DNA of 64,000 nucleotides from a bacterium (lineage in GTDB: Bacteria; RBG-13-61-14; DATKZS01): assembly GCA_035527835.1 (NCBI GenBank), contig DATKZS010000140.1, positions 72,027-136,026 of the forward strand, in the 5' to 3' direction. The notes beneath the pieces are model-generated. The model did no database searches and was not told where the DNA came from. It saw only the letters and a program-made list of their open reading frames with translations. Position 1 is the stretch's first letter. The number at the start of each line of letters is the position of its first letter. Of this stretch, positions 42,319 through 52,363 are shown piece by piece. Both the position numbers and the translations under genes were made by a program.

Positions 42319-43248
42319 TCATTCTTCACATCCATAGAGTTCAACATGGCTGTCACTGCCGGAGGAGTCAAATTGAAAGCGGGGCGTATCGGGACCGCCG
42401 GATTTATACAATACAAAATAACCCGGCAGTCTTGTGATATAGTAATTGGAGAAATCCAATATATTTGTAGGTTTGACTTCGGCCCGCAGTATTACTTCGC
42501 CCAGCTTTCTCTTGTTGGCGGAGAACAGTTCAGGTACCGAAAGCTCCACCATCCATACTTGTTCCTGGCCGATTTCATTTTCAATCGTTCCGATGAGCTT
42601 TTCATCGCCGATTTTAAGCCCATCCCAATCAGCAACTTGTCTCAAATGCCTGGTATAGGCCGATCCAGAGATCAGGAGAGGCCTGATCACGAGCAGATCA
42701 TTTCTTGCATAATAGTCCAGCCGTTTTGCCCATGGACCGGCGCCGGCGGGAACGCTTGGGAGGATCTTCATCAGATAATTCGAGCCTATCACTTCCGCCC
42801 TGATTGGATCGGTCAATACTTGCTTGGGCAATGTAAGTATTACTGAAGCCCCCTGATCCTCGAAATAATCATTGGGCACGCAATAATTGGAGCCCCAGTT
42901 GTCATCATGGATGATGAACATATCAACCCAGGATTCGCTTGGTATGTATTTCGTGCTTTTGCCAACCACGAAGTAGGATGACTCGGCCCTTGGCACCCAG
43001 GTGTCTTCATTGAACGTATGGCCGATGACGGGAATTGCATGGCGTTCATCCGGACCTGATTTGAAAACCACCAGGGCCGGATACCCTGATTCAATGTGAC
43101 CATAGATGATTTTTTTCAGCGGAACCCCGGGCTTTTGGCCACGTAGCGACCAGTTCAGGCCGGAGTATTCCAAGACCTTGCCCACTTCAGTTTCTGTCAG
43201 GCCTCTAATTGGACCGGTATCAAGGTCAATTCCGATTACCTCATTCAT
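42319..43248 (-). CDS. hypothetical protein, low GC
   Basis: 309 aa; His/Cys-containing segments (GHTFNED, GSNYCVPNDYF); no recognised domain. Confidence 0.5.
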   Translation of the reverse strand: MNEVIGIDLDTGPIRGLTETEVGKVLEYSGLNWSLRGQKPGVPLKKIIYGHIESGYPALVVFKSGPDERHAIPVIGHTFNEDTWVPRAESSYFVVGKSTKYIPSESWVDMFIIHDDNWGSNYCVPNDYFEDQGASVILTLPKQVLTDPIRAEVIGSNYLMKILPSVPAGAGPWAKRLDYYARNDLLVIRPLLISGSAYTRHLRQVADWDGLKIGDEKLIGTIENEIGQEQVWMVELSVPELFSANKRKLGEVILRAEVKPTNILDFSNYYITRLPGYFVLYKSGGPDTPRFQFDSSGSDSHVELYGCEE

Positions 43249-43335
43249 TTGGCGATAGGATAAGTAGCTTGATGGATTGAAACGGGATATCAGGGTCTTA
43301 AGAGCAACATGCGCGCATTTATTGGTGATCGCGTT

Positions 43336-43836
43336 CTATTGCGCATAAATGTACCCCTCAATCTCAAACTCCGAATCGGCAACCAGACATTTCCATTTAG
43401 GAGCTTTCCTTATATAATTATGTTCGTGCCTGCTCTTCCGTATAACCGACTCAAATATACGCACATCCTCGATTCCATCGGCAAATGAATCTCTTTTGAT
43501 TATGGCATAACCTAAAAAGCTGCTTCCCTCAATTCTTGATATCTCTTCTTCGGAGGAAATCGCTTGAGAGAAGAAACTCAGCCTGTACGAGGCTGATGAC
43601 TTGAATTCGGGCAGTTGCTTCTTGATATCCTCATTTTCTTCTATCAGCTCGGCCGCATCATTCAATTTCTCAAAGACTAAGCTTTTGCCACTAAGTTGTC
43701 TTATCTGGGAGAATAGTCTTCTTATTGGTCCCGAGTCACCAAAGTTTTCTTCAATCCAATCAAAATTAGAAAAGGACCGCTCAATGTTGAGGGCCCTTAT
43801 CTCTGAACTGCTTGCGAATCGCGCAAATTGTTCCAT
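43336..43836 (-). CDS. hypothetical protein, low GC
   Basis: 166 aa; AT-rich codons. Confidence 0.45.
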   Translation of the reverse strand: MEQFARFASSSEIRALNIERSFSNFDWIEENFGDSGPIRRLFSQIRQLSGKSLVFEKLNDAAELIEENEDIKKQLPEFKSSASYRLSFFSQAISSEEEISRIEGSSFLGYAIIKRDSFADGIEDVRIFESVIRKSRHEHNYIRKAPKWKCLVADSEFEIEGYIYAQ

Positions 43837-43853
43837 TACAATATCTATACATG

Positions 43854-44039
43854 CTATTTGATAACAAACCTAATCTTTTTATCTTCCTCCTCGTATTCAT
43901 CTAATTTATTAAGAAACTTCTCGACGTCGTCATTCCTGACTTGCACTACCTTCTCCACACCCTTCCCTGAAGTCGCTGCAAGCAAAGCCGTCCGCTTCTC
44001 TTCAATTGATTTGGTACGGTTCATGCCAATCTCCTCCAC
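43854..44039 (-). CDS. small acidic hypothetical protein
   Basis: 61 aa; directly upstream of 43336..43836 on the same strand. Confidence 0.35.
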   Translation of the reverse strand: MEEIGMNRTKSIEEKRTALLAATSGKGVEKVVQVRNDDVEKFLNKLDEYEEEDKKIRFVIK

Positions 44040-44330
44040 CTCGGGTCGTCCGATTTAGGATGCCAAGATCTCCCGCCCCGCTCCACAATATCAGATTTCA
44101 CCTAATGATTTTCTTAACATAACCCCGCCAGAGGCGCAAAGGCTGATCCAGCGGGGAGCAAGTTATATTAGCCTATGTGTTAGCAACTGTATTAAAGTGT
44201 ATTAAATTGTATTAACATGTATCATATAACAATTTCTTGATAGGTGTCAACGCAAATAATTTTGCGGCATGCATTAAAAAATGAGATAGCTATTCTGTTT
44301 TGGAATAGTTTTGTATAAAGCAACATAAAA

Positions 44331-45725
44331 TCAAGGTGATATGTCGGGAGCTTTGAAGGGAAGCTCACCGTAACTGGAGGCCTCCTGCCCCACCCTCACC
44401 GCGATCTCCAGGGCGTCCACGAGGTCGTCGTGGGGGCCGTCGGGGAAGGAGAGGAGCTCGGTGAGGAGGAGGTGGGCGCCGGTTTCGGGGAAGGCGAGGC
44501 GTCCGGTTTGGACCAGGCCCTGGAGGCGCATGGCGCGGGCGATCTTGTCGCGGGTCTGGACGATGGAGCGGACGGGGAGGCCGGTCTCGGCGCGGAGGCG
44601 CTGGGCCATGGCTTCCTGATAGGCGTTGGCCTCGACGCCGATGGCGACGACGGGGGAGCCGGGGGAATCGTGGGCGGCGAACAGCGCCTTGATGGCGCGG
44701 AACTGATCCTCGAAGGAGAGGCGGTCGCGGTGCACGGACAGGACGTGGTAACTTTTGGGCGCGGCCAGGCCGATGGTGACGTGGGCGAAGTAGTCGTGAT
44801 GGTCGTCCCGGCCGATGGCGAGGTCCACGCCCTGGAACTTGCGGACGCAGGCGGGCGCGGGCCTGGTCACGATCCATTCGGGCCGGAAGATCGCGCCCAT
44901 CATGGCGGTGACGTCGTTCTGGTACTGGGCGTTGAAGATGGCGGGCCCGGCCTGGTCGCGCTTTTCGCGGAGCAGCGCGAGCGGGAATTTTTCCTCCCAC
45001 AGCGCGCGCTCCCCGCCGTTCTCCCCGGTGATGGCGGGCTCGACCAGCGCGGGCATGCCCTTTTTGATGAGCTTGCCGTAGAGGTCGTCGTGGTGGTAGC
45101 GGGTGCCCATGACGTGGAACTCGCCGCCGGGCTCCAGGGTGGGCAGCAGCTCCTTGTAGTACCAGGTCTCGAGCTTTCGGCGCATGGCCTTGCCCGCGGC
45201 CAGGGCCTCGTCCACCACGTCGTCCATGATGATCAGGTCGTAGTGCTTGCTGATGACCGGCCCCATGACGCCCATGACCGTAACGGTGGCCTCCTTGGCG
45301 GGGGTGAGGCGCGAGCACAGCGCGATCTCGTTCTCGTTCCAGGGCTGCCCGGCGAGCCCGCCGTGGACCTCGACGATGGCGGGATTTTTTTCGAGGTGCG
45401 CCCGGATCTCGCGGAGGAAGGCTATAGCCTGGGCCGCGGTGTTGGAGACGATGAGGACGCGGAGGTCGGGATTGAAGAGAATGCGGTACAGGGTGAAGGC
45501 GACGGTGAGGATGGTGGACTTGCCGTGGCCGCGGGGAGCGAGCAGCAGCGAGTGGGGGTGGGAGGCGGCGAAGCGCCACCATTTTTCGTGGAAGGCGGTG
45601 AACTCGTAGCCCAAGACGCCGGTGATGAAGGCGCGCGGGTCCGATGGCAGGGCGGGCGGCTCCCAGGATTCGAGGAGCTTGATCCAGGCATTGGCGATGG
45701 CTGCGTCGCCGGGGGATGGTTTCAT
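44331..45725 (-). CDS. phage terminase large subunit
   Basis: Walker A LAPRGHGKST; C-terminal nuclease-like region; start trimmed to MKPSPGD, excluding the hairpin. Confidence 0.8.
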   Translation of the reverse strand: MKPSPGDAAIANAWIKLLESWEPPALPSDPRAFITGVLGYEFTAFHEKWWRFAASHPHSLLLAPRGHGKSTILTVAFTLYRILFNPDLRVLIVSNTAAQAIAFLREIRAHLEKNPAIVEVHGGLAGQPWNENEIALCSRLTPAKEATVTVMGVMGPVISKHYDLIIMDDVVDEALAAGKAMRRKLETWYYKELLPTLEPGGEFHVMGTRYHHDDLYGKLIKKGMPALVEPAITGENGGERALWEEKFPLALLREKRDQAGPAIFNAQYQNDVTAMMGAIFRPEWIVTRPAPACVRKFQGVDLAIGRDDHHDYFAHVTIGLAAPKSYHVLSVHRDRLSFEDQFRAIKALFAAHDSPGSPVVAIGVEANAYQEAMAQRLRAETGLPVRSIVQTRDKIARAMRLQGLVQTGRLAFPETGAHLLLTELLSFPDGPHDDLVDALEIAVRVGQEASSYGELPFKAPDISP

Positions 45726-45766
45726 GAGTGATCCTCCATTGGGTGGAAAGGGGGTTGGTTTTTTTG

Positions 45767-45861
45767 AACCACAGATGAACACGGATGAACACTGATAAAT
45801 AAGAAAGATCTTTTTATTCTTTTTTGTTTTCATCCGTGTTTATCCGTGTTCATCTGTGGTT
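45767..45861. terminator. word-repeat hairpin (CAGATGAAC words)
   Basis: gaaccacagatgaacacggatgaacactgat ... catccgtgtttatccgtgttcatctgtggtt. Confidence 0.7.
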
Positions 45862-45880
45862 TCCTTCCTAAACCTTCTGA

Positions 45881-46519
45881 TCAACCGCGGACTGAAAGAT
45901 AGGTTTCGCATACACCGGCCAGCGCCTCGCCTGCTTCGGCGACGTGGAAGTGCTTTTGCGCGCCGGCGATGGCCGCGTCAATGATTTTTTTTTGTTCGGG
46001 GCTGACCACGGCGGCGAAGAGCTCGAGCTGGGGCGGCGCGACCGGAGCGACATTGATGGCGCGGAGGGCGGCTTCCACCTTGTCCTGATCGGCCAGGGCC
46101 TTGAGCTCTTCGAGCTCGAAGGCGGACCAGGGCAGCAGGCGGCCAAGCGCTTCGGTCTCAAGCTCGCGGCTGAGCTCGGCGACCAGGTCGGCCAGGCGGT
46201 CGGGGTCGTTCTCGCCGCGGAAGCCGTTCATCTGGAGGGTCTTTACACGGGCCTCGGTGTCGCCAAGCGGCAGGGCCACGCAGGGGATGCGGGGCAGGCC
46301 CAGCTCGCGGGCGATCCGGAAGCGGTGCTCGCCGTCCACGATCTCGAAGCGAGAGCCACGGGGCCGCACCAGGATCGGGGCCATGAAGCCGCGGCGCCGG
46401 ATCTCGGCGGCGAGCTTATGGAGCTTGTCCGGCGCGAGCCGGTTCGGGTTCCACGGGTTCGGATCCAAGAGGTCCGCGCTGATCCATTCGATCGCGAGCC
46501 GGGGCGATGATGAGTCCAT
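45881..46519 (-). CDS. ParB-like nuclease domain protein
   Basis: ParB N-terminal motifs (LLDPNPWNPNR, ILVRP..FEIVDGEHRFRIA). Confidence 0.75.
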   Translation of the reverse strand: MDSSSPRLAIEWISADLLDPNPWNPNRLAPDKLHKLAAEIRRRGFMAPILVRPRGSRFEIVDGEHRFRIARELGLPRIPCVALPLGDTEARVKTLQMNGFRGENDPDRLADLVAELSRELETEALGRLLPWSAFELEELKALADQDKVEAALRAINVAPVAPPQLELFAAVVSPEQKKIIDAAIAGAQKHFHVAEAGEALAGVCETYLSVRG

Positions 46520-47153
46520 AATACATTACCCTCCTTCCCTTGGCCCATGAGGCCGTGAAGTACGAGGCCGTGAGGCCGTATTTCTTTGCGAGCTCCTTCC
46601 AGAAGCCGCGCACCAGGAGCTCGTACTCGGAAGCGGAGAGCGAGCGGGTGCGGGCGAGGCGATGATCAGGGGCCGCGACCTGGTAGGCGGCGGGCGTGAT
46701 TCTCTGGCCGCGCAAAAGGGCCATGCGGCCGCCGTCGGTCACTGCCACCGCCGTCCTCTCCCGGACCCGGTGGTGGGCGAAGGCCTGGGCGATGAGCGGG
46801 TGCGGGTTGCCGTAGGCGTCAAAGTCCATGAAGGTCACGTCCGCGAGCCCGGGCAGGATGGCGCGGACAAAATCGCGGTTGTCCATGGCATAGGCCGTGA
46901 GCGCCGGCCCCGGCCGGTTCGCGGCTGCTTGCTCCCGGGCCCGGGCCAGGAGGCGGGCCAGCTTGGCGGGGTCCTTCTCCACGGCGTGGACGGCCGCGAA
47001 CCCGCCGTAGAGTCCGGCCAGGATCCGGCCCTCTCCGGCGAAGAAATCCACGGCGGCCTTCGGGGCAACCAAGCGGATGAGCCGCGAGCGCAGCAGCCGC
47101 TTGAGCTCGGGGAAGGCGTGGTCGGTCTTCTTCTTTTCCCGGGTCATGATCAC
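46416..47153 (-). CDS. putative SAM-dependent methyltransferase (RsmD-like layout)
   Basis: Motif I-like VDFFAGEG and motif IV-like DVTFMDFDAYGNP; overlaps the ParB-like gene by about 100 nt. Confidence 0.45.
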   Translation of the reverse strand: MIMTREKKKTDHAFPELKRLLRSRLIRLVAPKAAVDFFAGEGRILAGLYGGFAAVHAVEKDPAKLARLLARAREQAAANRPGPALTAYAMDNRDFVRAILPGLADVTFMDFDAYGNPHPLIAQAFAHHRVRERTAVAVTDGGRMALLRGQRITPAAYQVAAPDHRLARTRSLSASEYELLVRGFWKELAKKYGLTASYFTASWAKGRRVMYYGLIIAPARDRMDQRGPLGSEPVEPEPARAGQAP

Positions 47154-47169
47154 GTTCCCGCCAAATCAA

Positions 47170-47220
47170 AAGGATCGAGGGGTTCCGGAAGATTAGCTCG
47201 ATTCCCGCTCCTCGATCCTC
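47170..47220. terminator. word-repeat hairpin (GATCGAGG words)
   Basis: aaggatcgagg ... cctcgatcct. Confidence 0.5.
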
Positions 47221-47338
47221 GCTCCTTAAAATGCCCCAAGATAAAAATGCTTATTAGTTTGAAAAGAAAGTTGCCGGGATACTTGACAATATGAGTGGAA
47301 ATGCCATAATCTAGGGGTGACGATGAAGGAGGACGGGG

Positions 47339-48625
47339 ATGGGCAAGCTGAAACACCGGGACCGGGCGCCGGAGGAGGCGCCGGACGGCGAGGAGCGGTT
47401 GGAGGACCAGGAAGCCCAGGCGGCGGCGGCGGAGGCCGAGATCGAGCTCAAGGAGGAGATGAACCGGGTGTCGGAGCGGGAGTATCAGCGGATGGCGGCG
47501 GACCTGCGCTGGGAGGTCCTGGAGTACATTGACGCGCACCCGGACAAGCCGGTGGAGGCGGTGGCGGGCCTGTTCGGCCTGAAGGAGGGGACGCTTCGGG
47601 CGTGGAAGGCGCACCGGACCATGGGCACGTACCAGAACGGCCAGGCCCCGGAGGCTCCGGCGCGGGGGCGGGAGGAGCCGGGGCGGGCGCCGGCCCGGAA
47701 GGCCCGGCAGTCCCCGCTGTTCAAGGAGAAGAAGGAGTCCCGTCCGCCGCGGTTTTTGGAGCGCAAGCGCTACTCGAACTTCATCCACTATTTCGACAAG
47801 ACGCCTCCGGGGATCGTGTGCCCGCACTTCTACATCCTGGCTCACGCCAACGGGTGCCCCTACGCCTGCGACTACTGCTACCTCCGGCTCACGCTGCGGC
47901 ACTACCCGGAGCCCACGGTGTTCACCAACACGGCGCGGCTGTTCCAGGAGCTCCGGGACTGGCTGCTCAGCCTGGAGACGCCGTCTCTGCTGAACACGGG
48001 CGAGCTCTCGGACAGCCTGGCGTGGGACCGGGAGACCGAGCTCAGCATGAACCTGATCCCGCTGTTTGACAACCAGAAGCGGCACAAGGTCCTGTTCCTC
48101 ACCAAGTCCCAGGCGGTGGACAACCTGCTCAAGATGGAGCCGTCGGCGCAGGCGGTGGTGAGCTTCTCGGTGAACGCGGAGGCGGTGGCGAGGAAGTACG
48201 AGCGGGGAGCTCCGGCGCCGGGGGCCCGGCTCCAGGCGGCGAAGCAGCTCCGGGAGGCGGGCTGGGAGGTCAGGGTGCGGCTCGATCCGCTTTTGCCGGT
48301 CGAGGGCTGGCAAGACCATTACGGCGGGATCATCGAGCAAATCAACGGGGTCGGGCCCTCGGTGGTGACGCTCGGGTCGCTCCGCTATTTCCGGAACCTG
48401 CTCGCGCACGCGCCGGCCGAGACCGACGTGTTCGGGATGGGCGTTGACCACGGCGACCCCGACGGCCGGCTCCGGGTGGCGGAACAAACCCGGCAGGAGA
48501 TGTACCGCTTCTGCCTGGAGCGGCTCAAATGTCTCCGCATCGGGCTGTGCAAGGAGACCGAAAAAATGCACCGGGCGCTCGGGCTGCCCGGGGCCCACCA
48601 GTCGTGCAACTGCACTATTGAATAG
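47339..48625 (+). CDS. radical SAM protein, SplB/DNA-photolyase-like family, with charged N-terminal extension
   Basis: CPYACDYCYL (C-x3-C-x2-C followed by YL as in COG1533/SplB); about 120-aa Glu/Arg-rich N-terminus. Confidence 0.6.
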   Translation: MGKLKHRDRAPEEAPDGEERLEDQEAQAAAAEAEIELKEEMNRVSEREYQRMAADLRWEVLEYIDAHPDKPVEAVAGLFGLKEGTLRAWKAHRTMGTYQNGQAPEAPARGREEPGRAPARKARQSPLFKEKKESRPPRFLERKRYSNFIHYFDKTPPGIVCPHFYILAHANGCPYACDYCYLRLTLRHYPEPTVFTNTARLFQELRDWLLSLETPSLLNTGELSDSLAWDRETELSMNLIPLFDNQKRHKVLFLTKSQAVDNLLKMEPSAQAVVSFSVNAEAVARKYERGAPAPGARLQAAKQLREAGWEVRVRLDPLLPVEGWQDHYGGIIEQINGVGPSVVTLGSLRYFRNLLAHAPAETDVFGMGVDHGDPDGRLRVAEQTRQEMYRFCLERLKCLRIGLCKETEKMHRALGLPGAHQSCNCTIE

Positions 48626-49067
48626 CGCCGGCATCGTCCCCCGTCTCCCCGTCCTCCGCCGGTCCCGGCCCCTCCGGGCCGGCCGGCGCGCACGCCGCCG
48701 CTTTTTCCCTGAGCCCCGCGATGATCTCACTCAGCACCGCGCCGCGCCCGATCACCGGCTTGAGCCGCGACGCCCCGGAAATGGCCTCCCAGATCACCCC
48801 GAGCTCCCGCGGCAACTCCACTCCACCCATTCCCTTGAGCTGTTCGGCGATGATGCGGAGCTGGATCTCGATGGACTTGAGCACCATTTGGCCGTGCTTG
48901 AGCCCGTCCCCGTCAGCTCCCGCCTCCTCCGGGCCGGAGGGTTGCACGACGTAGCGCAGGCTCAGCATCTTCACCGCCTGGACCTCGGCGAACAGCTTTG
49001 ACACCTGGGCCATCAACTCGGACGGACCAGCGGCGGACACCGCTACATTAGACTGAATTTCATCCAT
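48615..49067 (-). CDS. hypothetical phage protein
   Basis: Start trimmed to MDEIQSN; no domain recognised. Confidence 0.45.
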   Translation of the reverse strand: MDEIQSNVAVSAAGPSELMAQVSKLFAEVQAVKMLSLRYVVQPSGPEEAGADGDGLKHGQMVLKSIEIQLRIIAEQLKGMGGVELPRELGVIWEAISGASRLKPVIGRGAVLSEIIAGLREKAAACAPAGPEGPGPAEDGETGDDAGAIQ

Positions 49068-49090
49068 GGAATTACGTCTCCTCGTTAAAG

Positions 49091-49156
49091 AAGGATCGAG
49101 CAGCGAACAACGAGGATCGAGGGGATTCGGCAAGTTCCCTCGATTCTCGCTCCTTT
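49091..49156. terminator. word-repeat hairpin (GATCGAGG words)
   Basis: aaggatcgagcagcgaacaacgaggatcgagggga ... tccctcgattctcgctcctt. Confidence 0.55.
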
Positions 49157-49199
49157 TAATGATTTCAGGGCACCACCTGCCGGCATGATGAAATGTCCC

Positions 49200-49620
49200 C
49201 CTATAATTTGGAAGATGGTCGCACCCATTATTACCTTTTTACACACATTAAAAATCTTAGTTTACTGAAAGTACCATGCCTTTCAGAGCATGGGCCTGAT
49301 AAATCAAGGAATTTATTAAAAATAAGCTGGTTAGTGAATGGAAAGGGGCAATAGGCCATAAATTTTTACTCCTCCTACTCCGCTAAATTATTAGAACGGT
49401 TCATTAACCGCTCCGGGCAAGGGGCGCCGGCTCGGTTTTTGATGGCATAACATATTGATATTTAACGATTATATTTTATTATTCCATATTTTAATATTTG
49501 GCTTATAGCCCGTCTCTTTAATTACTTGGTTCGTTACGGCAATTAGTTGAAACAACAATGAAAAATGCTTTGCCCCCCCGATTGGCATATCAATTGCTTA
49601 AAGATAATAGGAGGGAGGAT
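49200..49620. promoter_or_regulatory. AT-rich noncoding region of about 420 bp
   Basis: Sharp GC drop; divergent genes on either side; candidate promoter, origin or packaging region. Confidence 0.4.
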
Positions 49621-49625
49621 TCGTC

Positions 49626-49898
49626 ATGGCCAAGGCAAACGAGACGCGCATCGTGATCATGAACAACGATCTCATGAAGCTCTATGATATGCACACTGCT
49701 ATTAGAGGCGATGACATCGAACCCATTACCTTTTACGACCCCCAGGAGTGCCTCGAGATGATGGTCGAGGTTGACGAGGAAGACTTGAATCTCAATACCG
49801 AGAAAAAGTCCGGGTCCAAGGCCGAGCGGCTGGCCAAGCAGTGGGGCGAGCTCGAGCTTCGGCTTTCCTTTTTCGCCGGCGCCTACAAGTGGCAATAA
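49626..49898 (+). CDS. hypothetical small acidic protein
   Basis: 90 aa; first gene after the AT-rich region. Confidence 0.45.
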   Translation: MAKANETRIVIMNNDLMKLYDMHTAIRGDDIEPITFYDPQECLEMMVEVDEEDLNLNTEKKSGSKAERLAKQWGELELRLSFFAGAYKWQ

Positions 49899-50318
49899 GC
49901 TGGTCCTCGGTTTCCCTGACCGCGGAAGGCTTTAAGCCACTTTCCTTTTCCCCCGCAAATTTATTGAGCCCGGAATCTTGCAGCGCTGCCCCGGCCCCGC
50001 CGTTCCCCGAGCCTGCTTGCTCCGTGACTCGCCCTGGAAAAGCCGCTCATTCAGCGCATCTCCCGGCTTCGCGGGCCCAGTGCCCGGCCAGGAGAATGGA
50101 CCTTGACGGCCGTGAAAAATATTTCGCGAGGCCCCCGCTTGACACGGGGGCCAATTCCTATTAGAATTTAGATTCGAGAGGGGAGTAAGGGAACCAATTC
50201 TGACGCATTCTTTGGCATTATCCCTTCATTAACAATTCAGGGTCATAGAGATCATCATGTCGCGTGACATGAGATTGACGGGTGTATTTAAATTCAGGAA
50301 CAAGGGGATAACTGAAAC

Positions 50319-50717
50319 ATGAAGACTCTATCGGAAAGGATCAAGGCTCTGCGTCTGCCTGGCGAGACCCAGGCCCAGTTCGCCGACCGCTTGGGCACCA
50401 CCCAGGCCTCCATCAGCCGCTATCTTAACGGGCGCCACCCGGACCGGGCCACCCTGATCAAGATCGCGAAGGCCACCTCGGTCACCTTGGACTGGCTGCT
50501 CACCGGCCAGGGACCAATGGCCGCGGACAAGGCCGCGGAAAGCAGCGGCGACCCCGAACTGCTTATGGCCGCGCTCGCCTATCTTGGCGCCGTGCGCTCC
50601 ATCCCGGCCAAGGATCGGACCTCGGTCCAGGAAATGGTCCGCGACGTGGTGGAGAACAAGGAAGTGCGCAAGAACGCGCTCTCGCACTGGGAGGCGTTCA
50701 AGAAGGGCGGGAAATAG
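50319..50717 (+). CDS. XRE-family HTH transcriptional regulator (phage repressor-like)
   Basis: HTH_XRE signature QAQFADRLGTTQASISRYLNG. Confidence 0.85.
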   Translation: MKTLSERIKALRLPGETQAQFADRLGTTQASISRYLNGRHPDRATLIKIAKATSVTLDWLLTGQGPMAADKAAESSGDPELLMAALAYLGAVRSIPAKDRTSVQEMVRDVVENKEVRKNALSHWEAFKKGGK

Positions 50718-50842
50718 CTCCTGCCCTCGCGCCGCGGTCCAGCATCGCTTCAAGACTTGGAGCATGGATGCCGGCCCGGGTCCGCCCTGGCGCGGGAGCG
50801 GGACCGGCATCAGTTGATGGACGGCCGCGCGGAGCATGATCC

Positions 50843-51397
50843 ATGCAATCCGCAACTTCATCTTCGGGCGTGAGGCCCGCCGAGCGCCCCTCCGCCCCGG
50901 TCCTGGGCGCCCGGGCTGTCGTGGGCGCAGGCGCCATGGCCCGCATCTTCCGCGGCATTATCGAGGCCGCGACCGGCATCACCCCGGAAATCCGCGCCCG
51001 CTTTGCCGACGAGTCGCTGTGCCGGCGCTGCGGACGATGCTGCCTCTCCGGCGTCCGGGTCAAGGACCGCATGATCATGATCCCGGACCTGCCCTGCCGC
51101 TACCTCCGCTCCGAACCCGGCGGCAAGACCTCGTGCGCGGTCTATCAAAGCCGCGGACTCACCGCATGGTGCCAGAAGGTATGCGTCGAGTCCATCAGAA
51201 AGGACCTCTTCGGCCCCGACTGCCCCTATGTCCAGGGACTGCCCCACTACCACGGCAAGATCGAGATCAGTGAAGACGAGTTCGATGAGATCACGCCCAT
51301 CCTCAGAAACGTCTTCAAGCTCGTGGACAAGCCCGACTACGTCCGCCACTCCGACTGGGACCGCTTCGTCCACCAGGTCCTCGAACTGCCCCGGTAG
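50843..51397 (+). CDS. YkgJ-family CxxCxxCC metal-binding protein
   Basis: CRRCGRCC motif; start may be the internal ATG at 50936. Confidence 0.6.
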   Translation: MQSATSSSGVRPAERPSAPVLGARAVVGAGAMARIFRGIIEAATGITPEIRARFADESLCRRCGRCCLSGVRVKDRMIMIPDLPCRYLRSEPGGKTSCAVYQSRGLTAWCQKVCVESIRKDLFGPDCPYVQGLPHYHGKIEISEDEFDEITPILRNVFKLVDKPDYVRHSDWDRFVHQVLELPR

Positions 51398-51470
51398 GCG
51401 GGACAATCTTGTCCCGCGCGTCCGGCATTTGCGCCTCCGATTTGATTACGTCGTTGAAAAGTGCCGCGCC

Positions 51471-52346
51471 TTAGAACCCCTTTGGGAAGAATAGGCGCCA
51501 TTCCTTCGAGTACTCCATCTCTTTCATGTCGTGCACCAGGTAAAAATCATGCTTGCTCTCGAACTGCCTCAAGAGCTCGATCTGCGTGGGCTTATAATTC
51601 CCCGCCCGCTGCAGGTAAAAGCCGATGGCCTGATGGTAGGGATAGATGTAGCCTGTCTTCTTGAGCAGGGCCGTGATGCGGTTCACGGAAACCCGGCCTT
51701 GCGCCAGACGATACGCCTTTAAAACTTCGCTCACCCCTCCTGAATAAACCGGCCGCACCGTAATGTCTATCAAGGTCCTTTCCATGTCGGTGACCCGGAT
51801 CTTTTCGCCCTGGTCTCCCTCCCGCTCTATGACTCCCAATTGGTTCTGGCCCATGCTGTGGACAATGCAGACCCTGAAGTCCTGGTAGGTCGCGACCTCG
51901 TTCGACACCCGTACCTTCCGCCGGAAAGCCGTGTCAATCGCCTGCTGCTCCAGATAGCCTGACCGGTTGCCCTGGGGCTTCTGCTCCACATTCAGATAAA
52001 TGGTCCGCGGTATCTGCTCGGTCAGCTCGTGAAAAAACATGGCGGTGTAATGCGAGTAGTATGCGCTCGGCCTGAGGCTCAAAAGCAGCTCGTACATGGG
52101 CGCATCGCCCCAGGTGTACCTTGTTTCCTTGTGCGATGGAAAAGCGAATTCAATTCGGCGCAGGGAAGAATGCTTGATGAGGAAATCCGCAAAGGCCTCG
52201 GTCTTCATTGAAACCGCCAACCGCCAGAACCCGCGCTGCTTGAATAGAATGCTCGATATTTCCGATGGAAGAAAAATCTTCTGATGCAGAGAGTTGAAAT
52301 AGCTCTCGATGTCAGGCTTGGCTATCTTTATCCTGCTGATATTCAT
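51471..52346 (-). CDS. AbiEi-like regulator (orphan), low GC
   Basis: YYSHYTAMFFHELTEQIPRTIYL resembles the AbiEi S-x-SAL..HGLT.QIP..VYV signature; no AbiEii partner present. Confidence 0.4.
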   Translation of the reverse strand: MNISRIKIAKPDIESYFNSLHQKIFLPSEISSILFKQRGFWRLAVSMKTEAFADFLIKHSSLRRIEFAFPSHKETRYTWGDAPMYELLLSLRPSAYYSHYTAMFFHELTEQIPRTIYLNVEQKPQGNRSGYLEQQAIDTAFRRKVRVSNEVATYQDFRVCIVHSMGQNQLGVIEREGDQGEKIRVTDMERTLIDITVRPVYSGGVSEVLKAYRLAQGRVSVNRITALLKKTGYIYPYHQAIGFYLQRAGNYKPTQIELLRQFESKHDFYLVHDMKEMEYSKEWRLFFPKGF

Positions 52347-52363
52347 GACATTTGATTTTTTCG

